In this document: one piece after another, positions 10,494 to 19,986 of the stretch | Layout of the letters: each line of letters begins with the position of its first letter | How positions within the stretch are numbered: the first letter of the stretch is position 1 | Assembly (NCBI GenBank): GCA_050952625.1 | Contig: JBMNLH010000001.1 | Coordinates: forward strand, 128,001 to 192,000 | DNA: 64,000 nt | From: Bacillota bacterium | GTDB taxonomy: Bacteria > Bacillota > Ch66 > Ch109 | Direction: 5' to 3' | Translations under genes and position numbers: made by a program | The notes under the pieces: model-generated | Told to the model about the DNA's origin: nothing | Database searches by the model: none | What the model saw: only the letters and a program-made list of their open reading frames with translations

Positions 10494-11464
10494 TGATAAC
10501 AACAAAGCCTTATTCTATTACCTATTCCCGTTTTCGCTTCACCCTTCGGGCAGAAGAAGATGCTCGCTTACCGGCTTATTTGGGCTCAACCTTGAGGGGA
10601 GCTATGGGCCGGGCTTTCAGGCGAGGGAGTTGTCTAAGTTTGCGCAGCCACTGTTCAGACTGTATGTTCTCCTCACGCTGCGCCTACGCCTATATTTTTG
10701 AAACCTCACAGGCTTCAACGATAAACAAAGGAGCCGGGGTTGAGCATTTTTATATTCCTCACCCCTTTGTTATCGAGCCGCCCCTGGACGGAAAGACCAT
10801 TTTCAAAGCAGGAGAGGAACTGACATTCGATCTGCTGCTGATCGGCAGCGGATTACACTTTTTCCCTTTTTTCATTGCCGCCTTTGCCCAGGCAGCGGCG
10901 GAGGGTCTGGGGGCAGGACGTCATCGTTTCCGCTTGGAAAACGTGGCCCAATGGTTGGATGATGAGTTGGTTTTACTTTGGAATGGGGGTAATAGGCTGC
11001 TTGGAAATCCAGTCGCTCAGGTCTTAACCAATGATCTTGAGGCTGGAATTGACTGTAGGGAAATTACCCTGCACCTGCAAACCCCGCTGCGGATAAAAGA
11101 ACGCGGTCACCTGGTGAATGAAATAAGCTTTCCTTTGTTAATCCGCAGTATTTTTCGCCGCCTGGATTTATTGGGTCGCGTTCATGGCGATGGTCCGCTA
11201 ATTCTGCCGTATACCGATTATCTTCAACAGGCGGCGGCAGTTAGTGCGGTGCCAGAAGCTAATTCATTATACTGGACAGAATGGCGGCGTTATTCCAATC
11301 GCCAAAAGGTTCACATGAATATGGGAGGATACTGTGGCAGTATCCGGTATCAGGGTGATCTCGGCCCTTTTCTTCCTTACCTTAAAATGGCAGCCGTCCT
11401 GCACCTGGGCAAAGGAACAGTGTATGGCCTGGGCAAAATCGCCATTGAGGTTACCGAGAGGTGA
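10493..11464 (+). CDS. cas6: Cas6 pre-crRNA endoribonuclease
   Basis: YLGSTLRGA, Cys cluster, PHPFVIEPP, terminal HLGKGTVYGLG G-loop. Confidence 0.92.
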   Translation: MITTKPYSITYSRFRFTLRAEEDARLPAYLGSTLRGAMGRAFRRGSCLSLRSHCSDCMFSSRCAYAYIFETSQASTINKGAGVEHFYIPHPFVIEPPLDGKTIFKAGEELTFDLLLIGSGLHFFPFFIAAFAQAAAEGLGAGRHRFRLENVAQWLDDELVLLWNGGNRLLGNPVAQVLTNDLEAGIDCREITLHLQTPLRIKERGHLVNEISFPLLIRSIFRRLDLLGRVHGDGPLILPYTDYLQQAAAVSAVPEANSLYWTEWRRYSNRQKVHMNMGGYCGSIRYQGDLGPFLPYLKMAAVLHLGKGTVYGLGKIAIEVTER

Positions 11465-11645
11465 TTTCAGCCAGATGAGGATAGTCTGCGAATGTATATT
11501 CTGTGTAAGTCGTGCCGAAAAGATATTACCACAGCCGGCAAAGAGAAACTTTATGAACTGGATGAACGATACTATATTGTGTGAAATTGTTAATTCATAA
11601 CCTCTGGTTTGATCCAAAACAGATGGTGGTTATAAAAAGTGAGAA

Positions 11646-11981
11646 ATGGCTAATTTGAGGGGGATGTCTTGTCACGCGTCCATCACTTCTGTCCACGGCG
11701 GCCAACCGGGCAAAAATTTTGGGGTTCGGATTAAAGTGCTTATCCCAGAAGGATTAGTCAAGGAACCAAGTCGGTCCCCAACCCACCACCTTGGAAATTG
11801 TGCTGATGAATCAATTACCCCTTCCCATACCACTTTCCTAAATAAAAGCGATGGCAGCCAGAAAAACAGTTTTCCAGCGGCCAATAATATAAGGGGTTAT
11901 GGGCAAGAACATTTGGATGATCTTGACTATGATGATAACGATGATGACGTGTTATTTTCTGATTACATTAAGAATATCTAG
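11646..11981 (+). pseudogene. Hypothetical or truncated ORF, N-terminus resembling the end of a HIRAN domain, acidic tail
   Basis: ASITSVHGG..GKNFGVRIKV resembles the C-terminal strands of HIRAN; poor start context. Confidence 0.3.
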
Positions 11982-12068
11982 CAAGGACCCAAGCAGGCCC
12001 TAAATGCTATAAAAACTAATTAAAAGCCAATTAAAATAGATTATCTTTGAATTAAGGAGATCGTTTAT

Positions 12069-12758
12069 ATGGTAGATCAAAACCTTTCACGGGTAGTTCA
12101 ACAGCATTATCTTGCCCAGCGGTTGGCTCGACAAAGTACCGAGAAGATAGCACGTGTGCTTGATGATTTAATGGATAATTCCACCAGCGGTCAAAGTATG
12201 CTTAGCTGGGATTTTTTAGCAAAAGCCAAACAGCAGGTAGAGGACTGTTTACATAACGGCCAACAGGCAGTAAAAATAGCAGTGCTGGTTCCAGTGGGTT
12301 TGTTTGGATTAACCCAGGGGTTTGATATGCCAGACCTGGACATATCTTTGCTCGGGATCGGAAACCACCGATTTTTTCTTTGTCATAGTGCTATCGGCTT
12401 GGCGGTTTTACGCTACTTCTATCGACGGTGGGTTGAATCGGAGGATGGGCGATTTTCTTCTCGCCTGGGACACAAGGTGGCCGGGGTAGCACTTGGCAGT
12501 TGTGCCTTGGGTGTAGGTTTGCATTTAGCGATTGATGTTTTTCAGCCGAAATCAGTCGTCTTCCCGTTTTTTGGCTCTTTAATCAATGGAACGTTAGTTG
12601 ACGATAATATTTGGCTGTTAGGCAATTCTTTGTGGGCCTTTAAAATAAGTCATGATGTTTTTGCCTTGTCCCTGGCGGATGAGTTAACTCAGGCCAGGGA
12701 ATGGGTGCAGAATCATTTTGAAGGGTGGAATGTCCGTGCAGTTTTTAATCGGGATTGA
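12069..12758 (+). CDS. Membrane-bound metal-dependent hydrolase, YdjM-like
   Basis: PDLD, HRFFLCHS and HLAID motifs among hydrophobic helices; RBS aaggag. Confidence 0.6.
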   Translation: MVDQNLSRVVQQHYLAQRLARQSTEKIARVLDDLMDNSTSGQSMLSWDFLAKAKQQVEDCLHNGQQAVKIAVLVPVGLFGLTQGFDMPDLDISLLGIGNHRFFLCHSAIGLAVLRYFYRRWVESEDGRFSSRLGHKVAGVALGSCALGVGLHLAIDVFQPKSVVFPFFGSLINGTLVDDNIWLLGNSLWAFKISHDVFALSLADELTQAREWVQNHFEGWNVRAVFNRD

Positions 12759-13689
12759 CCTGATGTCCCGCGAAGAAAAGATTGCCCTACTGGCCCAGTT
12801 AAAAGCAATTACTGGGTTTAATCTAATCAAGCAAGGGTCCAGCGAGTTCGTGTTGAAAGCAAAAAACGGACTGTTTTGGGCCGGAAAAAAATTGGCCGAT
12901 CTGACCGGTCAAGTTGAAGCGGTTGAAAAACTGGAAAAATGGAATAGCCAAAGCAATTGGAACCCAAATTTGCTCCAGAAGGAGATGGCCTGTCAGCAGA
13001 AAGAACTGGAATTATTAAGTGATCGGGGAGTCGAGGTCCGCCTCCGGCAAGAATTAGCCCGGTTGGCCGGAGTTGCTCCGGAGGCTGATCTAGAAACGAT
13101 TGCCCAACATTTGGTGAAGCGTCTGGCTGAGCTGTATCAGTTGGACGAATGGCACTTTCAAAATGATACGGCCCTGGAGGAAAAAGTCTATTCTGCCTGC
13201 CTGGAAGAACAAATAAATATTTTGAAACAGAAACTCAATTCGCTGGATCGGGAAGAAGAAATTCAGATGCAAGAAGCCCTTGAACAACAAATCAACCAAT
13301 TGAGCCGGGCGGAACAGGAGGCGATAAAGCAGGCCATGGGATTGGATGAGCTTTCCGCGGCGTCAATGATGACTCTGTTGAAAACCACTTCGGGAGTGGC
13401 CTTAGCTCAAGTCATTTTATCCGGGACCGGGTTTGGCGTCTATCTTTTTCTAACGACCATGATCAAAGCCCTATCGTTAATGTTGGGAGTTACTTTTTCT
13501 TTTGGCACTTATACGGCAGCCACGACCGCGATGGCCTTTTTATTGTCTTTTCCTTTTCTTCTCCTGGTGGTTGCCTTATCCGGCGGCTTTATCTGGCATA
13601 AAACGTCAGTTAAAATAGATGAGCAATTGACGAAAATCGTCTTTCTGGCGGGTCGGGCAAAAGTGGCTTATATTGAGACGGCAGGTTAA
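12730..13689 (+). CDS. YaaW-like helical protein with C-terminal hydrophobic helices
   Basis: Coiled-coil-rich N-terminus then GFGVYLFLTT..KALSLMLGVTFSFGTYTAATT; ATG 12730 overlaps the upstream gene's end. Confidence 0.5.
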   Translation: MSVQFLIGIDLMSREEKIALLAQLKAITGFNLIKQGSSEFVLKAKNGLFWAGKKLADLTGQVEAVEKLEKWNSQSNWNPNLLQKEMACQQKELELLSDRGVEVRLRQELARLAGVAPEADLETIAQHLVKRLAELYQLDEWHFQNDTALEEKVYSACLEEQINILKQKLNSLDREEEIQMQEALEQQINQLSRAEQEAIKQAMGLDELSAASMMTLLKTTSGVALAQVILSGTGFGVYLFLTTMIKALSLMLGVTFSFGTYTAATTAMAFLLSFPFLLLVVALSGGFIWHKTSVKIDEQLTKIVFLAGRAKVAYIETAG

Positions 13690-14090
13690 TCATATCTGGC
13701 GAATTAATATGTTTGAAGGTATTTAGGGATTAGGCTATAATTTTATTGTAAATTATTTAATGCTCTAAAATTGAGACTGCAAGTATATCAAGAACATTTA
13801 TATTATAGGATATTATACATATTATATATAGAGTAATAGTTGAGGTGTTTTGTATAAGTGTGACTTGCATTTAAATCTACCGCTAACCTGTTTGGACTGT
13901 CAAAAACGCGGGAGGTTAGCGATATTGAGAAATAATGAGTATTTGGAAGAAAAAAGGGGGTATAAGCAGTTATTTTTGTTTTGAATAAAATGGTAATAGG
14001 TGTTTTTAAGTTTGATTTATGATGGTTTTTTGGAGGTTAGCGGAACGCTACCTCGCAGCCCAGAATTATCAAGGCCTCTGGACAGCCGCT
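13690..14090 (+). promoter_or_regulatory. CRISPR leader
   Basis: AT-rich non-coding region directly before the first repeat, containing a cgctaacct...aggttagcg inverted repeat. Confidence 0.75.
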
Positions 14091-15501
14091 GTGAGAATCA
14101 TTGACCCGATTAGAGGGGATTGCGACCTGATGTACCAATCGACAGTCGTTCATGCGCATGTGAGAATCATTGACCCGATTAGAGGGGATTGCGACCTTAA
14201 TACACAGGTGATTCAGTCCGCAATGTCATGTGAGAATCATTGACCCGATTAGAGGGGATTGCGACCATTTATGAGCGCCTTCAGGATCACTAATCTTCCT
14301 CAATGTGTGAGAATCATTGACCCGATTAGAGGGGATTGCGACCTTTAATAATCCTTATTTACTCACTATTTACTGTTTCAGTGAGAATCATTGACCCGAT
14401 TAGAGGGGATTGCGACTTTCCTGACAGCAAGTACTCCCAATACATTATCAGTCGTGAGAATCATTGACCCGATTAGAGGGGATTGCGACTAATCCGCCTG
14501 TAAGGCCCTAAGTTATTCCCACGTGAGAATCATTGACCCGATTAGAGGGGATTGCGACTCTTCGATTCTTGTCCCTGCTTAATCCTTGTTGTACAGTGAG
14601 AATCATTGACCCGATTAGAGGGGATTGCGACATCTTATCCACCGCTTCGCATCGAGCATTCTACTGCGTGAGAATCATTGACCCGATTAGAGGGGATTGC
14701 GACACATTCTGTCACTGAGCAACCGAGTCCATTAATTACGTGAGAATCATTGACCCGATTAGAGGGGATTGCGACCTTTACTTTGATCTGACTCGCTCCG
14801 GCACTATCTTCGTGAGAATCATTGACCCGATTAGAGGGGATTGCGACCTGTCATCCAGCTCCGGCAATCGTACACTGAGTGAGAATCATTGACCCGATTA
14901 GAGGGGATTGCGACAAAACACGTCTTCCTCGTGATCTCAATCAGTGAGAATCATTGACCCGATTAGAGGGGATTGCGACTTAAGACATCTGTCTATAGAT
15001 ATACATTGCCTTATGTGAGAATCATTGACCCGATTAGAGGGGATTGCGACTTTCAGCTTTTGTTCAAGGTTTTGGATTGTATCTTTTAAGTGAGAATCAT
15101 TGACCCGATTAGAGGGGATTGCGACCTTGGATAATAAAGGAGCCGTAATCCGTAACTACTGTAAGTGAGAATCATTGACCCGATTAGAGGGGATTGCGAC
15201 TTCCAGGCCCCGAGAGGGGCTATTTTTTGCGCGCTTTGTGAGAATCATTGACCCGATTAGAGGGGATTGCGACTTCAGTAGTTTGTTTCCACGCTCCCTC
15301 ATACCATTTTTGTAAGAATTATTGACCCGATCAGAGGGGATTGCGACGTCATTTGTTCGGTCTACCCCTTTCTATTTCATCCTCTAAGTGAGAATGATTG
15401 ACCCGACCAGAGGGGATTGCGACTATCCTGTGCCGCCGATGATAGCAGCTTCTACAGGCTTCTCCGTGAGAATTATTGACCCGACCAGAGGGGATTGCGA
15501 C
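14091..15501 (+). CRISPR. CRISPR array, 20 repeats (36 bp GTGAGAATCATTGACCCGATTAGAGGGGATTGCGAC) and 19 spacers of 29-42 bp
   Basis: 17 identical repeats plus 3 degenerate trailer repeats (15312, 15388, 15466). The 3' end ATTGCGAC is a variant of the ATTGAAAC tag; the leader is on the left. Confidence 0.98.
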
Positions 15502-15879
15502 TAGGGAAGCTGAAAAGAAGGGGACAGGATGATGGCCAAAACGGAATGCTTCGGGAATCATTTGACGCTACAGCTGCCGCTTATGTCCAAGCTTTACCAA
15601 TAGAGTTTGGTATTGAAGCGACATATCTGGTCATATCTTCCTGATCATGTTACAATATTCATATGTTACAATATTTTTATAGTCGAATTGTAATATTTTT
15701 AAATGTTGTAAGATGCAGTGTATTATTTAGCGTATTACCCGGGTTAATTTCTAATCGAATTTCCAATCGGTCGGGAATCAAGCGGAGCCCCAACAAGGTC
15801 CGCTTTTTTAGCCGAGCCACATCATAGTTAAAGGGGGGAAGAATAAATAGGAGTAAATAACCGGCTGCAGAAAGGGAGG

Positions 15880-17191
15880 TTGTTTTTGGTGAGGAAACTC
15901 AGATTAGGTCTTGTATTAGCGTTGGTCATTAGTCTAGTATGTTGTCTCCCGGCATTGGCCGATGAGGGAATGAATCTGAAAATTAATGAACGGGATATTT
16001 TTGTACCAAATGCCTATGTAGACAATGGAACCACCATGATTCCGCTTGATATTCTTTCTAAGATTGCCGGCACCAGTGATCAATGGATTGACGACAATAA
16101 GGTTGCCATAACCGGCAATAACAAAACAATTACATTGACTATTGGGAGTACACAAGCAGTTAGTGGAGATGAGACTCTAACTATTACCCAGGCTCCGGTC
16201 AAGACGGACACTGATGTCTTTGTTCCCTTGCGTTTCTTAGCTAGTGAATTCGGTTTTACTGTCAACTGGGATCAAGAGAATCAAAAGGCCTTGCTAGACC
16301 GCGTGCAAACCCGCGATGGCATGACTGCGATGGAGTTATTGATCAAGTCCAATCAAGCGAGTCAAGCTGTTAACACCTTTGCCATGGACGGGACAATGCA
16401 AATTAGTCTCAAGGCAGTAGCAGATGGAGAATCAATGCTAGATCCATCGATGAATATGACAACTTACTTAGAGGGTTCGGTACAAAATGAGCCGCTGCAG
16501 GCTTACATTAAACAAAAAGTGGCTATTAGCGGCCAGCAACCAATTGAAGATATGGAAGATATGGTCGTGGAAACCTATATGACCGAGGATAAGATGTACA
16601 TGAAAGCCCCCGGACAGGGATGGATGGCAATGGATCTGCCTTTCCCCAGCGACTATATTAAAGAACAGCAGGAGCTTCAATCTAATCCGCTAATAGCAGC
16701 AGAACAGATGCAAGAGATGGGGCTGGTCTTTAGTTTTGGCGATGACGTAAGTATTGATGGAAAAGATTATTATGTGGTCAACACCATAATTGATCAGGAA
16801 AAGTTTCAGGATGTCTATCAGCAAACCTTAACAGAAGTTCTGGGCACGATGGAACCGGAATCAGTTGAAGATGCGGCCGTTTTTGAGCAAATGAATAAGA
16901 TATTTGACGGGGCGGATATCAATTATTTCTACACAGTTTATATTGATAAAACAAACCTTATCAGTAGTATAGTTGATTTTGATTGCCAACTAAACCTGAA
17001 CATCAACCCAAAGGAATTTGCAACGGATGAGGAAGCAGCCAGTGAGGATATTCCAGAAAAAGTTGCCATTAATATGCTAATGAAGGGGACCTTTAACATT
17101 AAAGACCTGGATCAGCCCTTTGTGGCCCCCGGATGTTAGCGAGGCTACTGAATTTAATCCATACGATCCCGCAATGGAAAGTGTAGAATAA
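15880..17191 (+). CDS. Secreted protein with copper amine oxidase N-terminal (stalk) domain; probable +1 frameshift near the end (ORF track stops at 17139)
   Basis: Signal peptide and VPLRFLASEFGFTVNWD. Removing one C at 17126-17130 gives FVAPDVSEATEFNPYDPAMESVE* ending at 17191. Confidence 0.75.
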
Positions 17192-17245
17192 TCTTTTGAG
17201 TGAAGTTTAATAGTCGAGTATAGTAAAAATGATAATCAACAAGTT

Positions 17246-17275
17246 AACCCCTACTTAAAGAAGTAGGGGTTTTTT
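17246..17275 (+). terminator. Intrinsic terminator
   Basis: aacccctactt-aaag-aagtaggggtt followed by a T run. Confidence 0.7.
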
Positions 17276-17428
17276 GAACTCAGATATACTCTAAAGGGGG
17301 CGTTTTGCCCCCTTGGGAATTAAAATAAAGAAGGCTCATCTCGGGAAGAAAAGGATTGGGATTAGGTTTTAAATTGAGAAGAGCCAAAATATCATTAAAG
17401 CACAGACAGTTAAAAAAACTAAACAAAT

Positions 17429-17464
17429 AAGGCTAAGCTTATTGGAATAGCAAAGCTTAGCCTT
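17429..17464 (-). terminator. Hairpin terminator following the Moco RNA
   Basis: 12-bp stem aaggctaagctt/aagcttagcctt followed by T-rich sequence on the minus strand. Confidence 0.6.
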
Positions 17465-17491
17465 TTAAGACAAGTTAAAAGACACCTCAAG

Positions 17492-17601
17492 CTCTACTTT
17501 CCAAAAGGGAGGCGCAACCGTTTCCCGTTACACCCTATCGGCCTATTAACCATACTTCAAAGCATGTAACTTCAAAGCTACAGGTGAATAGGCTCGTAGA
17601 G
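17492..17601 (-). ncRNA. Moco/Tuco (molybdenum/tungsten cofactor) riboswitch motif
   Basis: Minus strand reads ctctac-gagcc...acct...atggt...aggccgatAGGGtgtaacgGGAAACggttgCGCCTCCCttttGGAAAgtagag; P1 ctctac/gtagag. Confidence 0.8.
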
Positions 17602-17630
17602 AACATAGCATAATTCAGGTTGTCTATATT

Positions 17631-17659
17631 ATTCTAAACCAAAACGTTGATTTCTTCAA
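17631..17659 (-). promoter_or_regulatory. Sigma-A promoter driving the Moco RNA
   Basis: TTGAAG-N17-TAGAAT on the minus strand. Confidence 0.65.
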
Positions 17660-17767
17660 CTAGTAATATTAAGAACATGGCTCACGAACTAAACGATGAT
17701 AAAGTATGTAAGCATGAAAATCAAGGTGTTTTTAACGGATTTTTTGAACTAAGCGATTAGAAATTAT

Positions 17768-18613
17768 TTAGTCTGCAAAAAGCTGGTCCGCTGGCAATTG
17801 ATTGTTTTTTGCTTCCAGGTAAAGCCCGAGCAGAACAAAGCCGATGGTGCATAGGGCAATGCATATTCCCGGCGGCAGGTACCAGTACCACATGCCATTA
17901 AAAAACCCGCCCCGTTTGAAAGCGTAGTGGATCATGCCCCCCCAGCTGATTCTGGCTGGATCACCCAGGCCGAGAAAGCTTAAAGAAGCTTCGCTGAGCA
18001 TCGCCCCGGCGACACTGAGGACAAACTTGGCGGCTACCACTTCCGTAACGTTCGGAAAGATATGGTGAAGAATGATTGAGCGGTTGGGAAGGCCAACTGC
18101 TTTGGCCGCTTCAATAAACGGCATTTCTCGCAATTGCAGTACTTTGGCGCGGACCACCCGGGCGGTTGAACACCAGCCCAACAGGCCAACGACCAGGACG
18201 ATATTCCAAATGCTCGGCCCCAGGTAGGCCGCGAGAATGACCATTAGCGGCAGGAAAGGGATGAGCAGAAAAATATCAATAATTCCGGTCGTCAGATCGC
18301 CGATTGCTCCTCGGTAGTACCCGGAGAGCAGGCCAACTCCGGTCCCAATGAACACAGAAATCAGGGCCGCCACCAATCCCACCAGCAGAGAGATGCGGCT
18401 GGCGAACAAGAGTTCAGAAAAAATATCGTAGCCCATGTCATTGGTGCCAAGCACGTGCGTCCCAGAAGGCGGTAAAAAGACCGGAAAACTGGTGCTGGTT
18501 GAATGCGGGGCCAGGAATTCGGCTAGCAAGGCGGCCCCTCCGAAGGTCAACAAGATCAAGCAACCGACTAGGCCGAATAAATTGTTCTTTGTTTGTTCCA
18601 TGGGTTCTAACAA
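17768..18613 (-). CDS. Nickel/peptide ABC transporter permease (OppC/NikC-like)
   Basis: HVLGTNDMGYDIFS, EAA loop FIEAAKAVG, LSFLGLG. Confidence 0.9.
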   Translation of the reverse strand: MLEPMEQTKNNLFGLVGCLILLTFGGAALLAEFLAPHSTSTSFPVFLPPSGTHVLGTNDMGYDIFSELLFASRISLLVGLVAALISVFIGTGVGLLSGYYRGAIGDLTTGIIDIFLLIPFLPLMVILAAYLGPSIWNIVLVVGLLGWCSTARVVRAKVLQLREMPFIEAAKAVGLPNRSIILHHIFPNVTEVVAAKFVLSVAGAMLSEASLSFLGLGDPARISWGGMIHYAFKRGGFFNGMWYWYLPPGICIALCTIGFVLLGLYLEAKNNQLPADQLFAD

Positions 18614-18902
18614 AGGTGGTTGCCTCCGTCATTGGTGATTTCGTCATATTCCTAGATGACGTCATATTCCTAGCTGCCATAGCAAAAAGGACACTGCAGA
18701 AAAGCAGCTTCCTGGGTTTTTGCTTTTTTTATGAATCTGAAAGCCAACTTTAAGGCTTGTCTGCAGCCGTCTTCGGGGTTTTTGCATTTATTTTATGAAT
18801 TCGAAAGCCTCGATACCGGCGGTTGCAAATAATGATGATGTCTAATGCGGGTCAGATAATTATCGGTTTTTTGTGTTGTTTTGTATGACCACTGCCGCAT
18901 AC

Positions 18903-19865
18903 CTAAGCCCTGACCCGGGGATCCAAGACTCCGTAAAGCAGGTCGACCATCAGATTGGCCCCGATCACCACCAGGGTTAGCACCAGAAAACAGGCCTGCA
19001 GGACCGGATAATCTCGGTACAGGGCGGCTTCATAGATCAGCAAGCCCATGCCGTTTATCGAAAAAACGATCTCGACCAGCAACGCCCCGGACACCATAAA
19101 GCCCAAATTCAAGGCAATCAGGCTGAGCAAGGGTAAACAGGCATTGCGCAGCACATGCACGAACAAGATCCTTTTTTCGTCAATTCCTTTGGCCAGGGCG
19201 TACCGGACATAATCATCCTGCCGGATTCGGGCCACTGAATTGCGCATCACCAGAAATTTCGTCGATGTCGCAGCGAGAGTCAAGACCGTAACCGGCAAAA
19301 CCAGGTGCCTGACGGTATCCAGCACGGCCCCGAGGAAGGTATGGCTGGTGCCTGACTGGATGCTGCCCAAAGGGAACCAGCCTAGATAAAAGCCAAAGAG
19401 GCTCAGCAAGATCATGGCCAGCAGAAACTGAGGCATGGCGTAGGTTAATAAAGAACCCAGGGTTAAGGTCAGGTCCAGGCGTGATCCCGGCCGCCAGCCG
19501 GCCAGACAGCCCAGCCAGAGGGACAGGAGGGTGGACAAGATTAATGCCGGCCCTAATAACAGCAGGGTCCAACCCAAATGCTTTTGGATTAACTGGGCCA
19601 CCGGTTGGTGGTAATGAAAGGAATAACCGAGATCGCCGCTTAACAGCGAATGCCAGTAGTGCCGGTACTGGACCAGCAGGGGTTGATCCAGTCCGTATTC
19701 CCGTGCCAATTGGGCATAGTCCTGCTGGCTAAGGGCGGCCGCGTCCGGCCCTAGCATCATCACGACCGGATTGCCGGGCATCAGGCGGGGGATCAAAAAA
19801 TTCAGGGTAATTATAATTAACATGCAGGCCAATAGCCGCAGGGTTTTGCTAATAAAGTACCGCAT
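18903..19865 (-). CDS. Nickel/peptide ABC transporter permease (OppB/NikB-like)
   Basis: RLMPGNP, GDLGYSF, YVRYALAKG, RDYPVLQ, LDPRVR. Confidence 0.9.
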   Translation of the reverse strand: MRYFISKTLRLLACMLIIITLNFLIPRLMPGNPVVMMLGPDAAALSQQDYAQLAREYGLDQPLLVQYRHYWHSLLSGDLGYSFHYHQPVAQLIQKHLGWTLLLLGPALILSTLLSLWLGCLAGWRPGSRLDLTLTLGSLLTYAMPQFLLAMILLSLFGFYLGWFPLGSIQSGTSHTFLGAVLDTVRHLVLPVTVLTLAATSTKFLVMRNSVARIRQDDYVRYALAKGIDEKRILFVHVLRNACLPLLSLIALNLGFMVSGALLVEIVFSINGMGLLIYEAALYRDYPVLQACFLVLTLVVIGANLMVDLLYGVLDPRVRA

Positions 19866-19986
19866 TTATTCAGCTCGTCTCAATCCTGTTTTCACCACAT
19901 ACAACATCTCTTCAAAATTTTAAAACCACCTGATCAAAGCTATCAGGGTTTGTACTAACCGCCCATGTCAGCTTACACTTGTTTCC

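Noticed and set aside
14019-15561. Short ORFs (14019-14243, 14533-14718, 15349-15561) with repeated VRIIDPIRGDCD peptides
   Set aside because: They are translations of CRISPR repeats, not genes.
15553-15568. Possible 21st degenerate repeat (gggaatcatttgacgc)
   Set aside because: Only a short partial match after an over-long ~50-nt gap; not counted.
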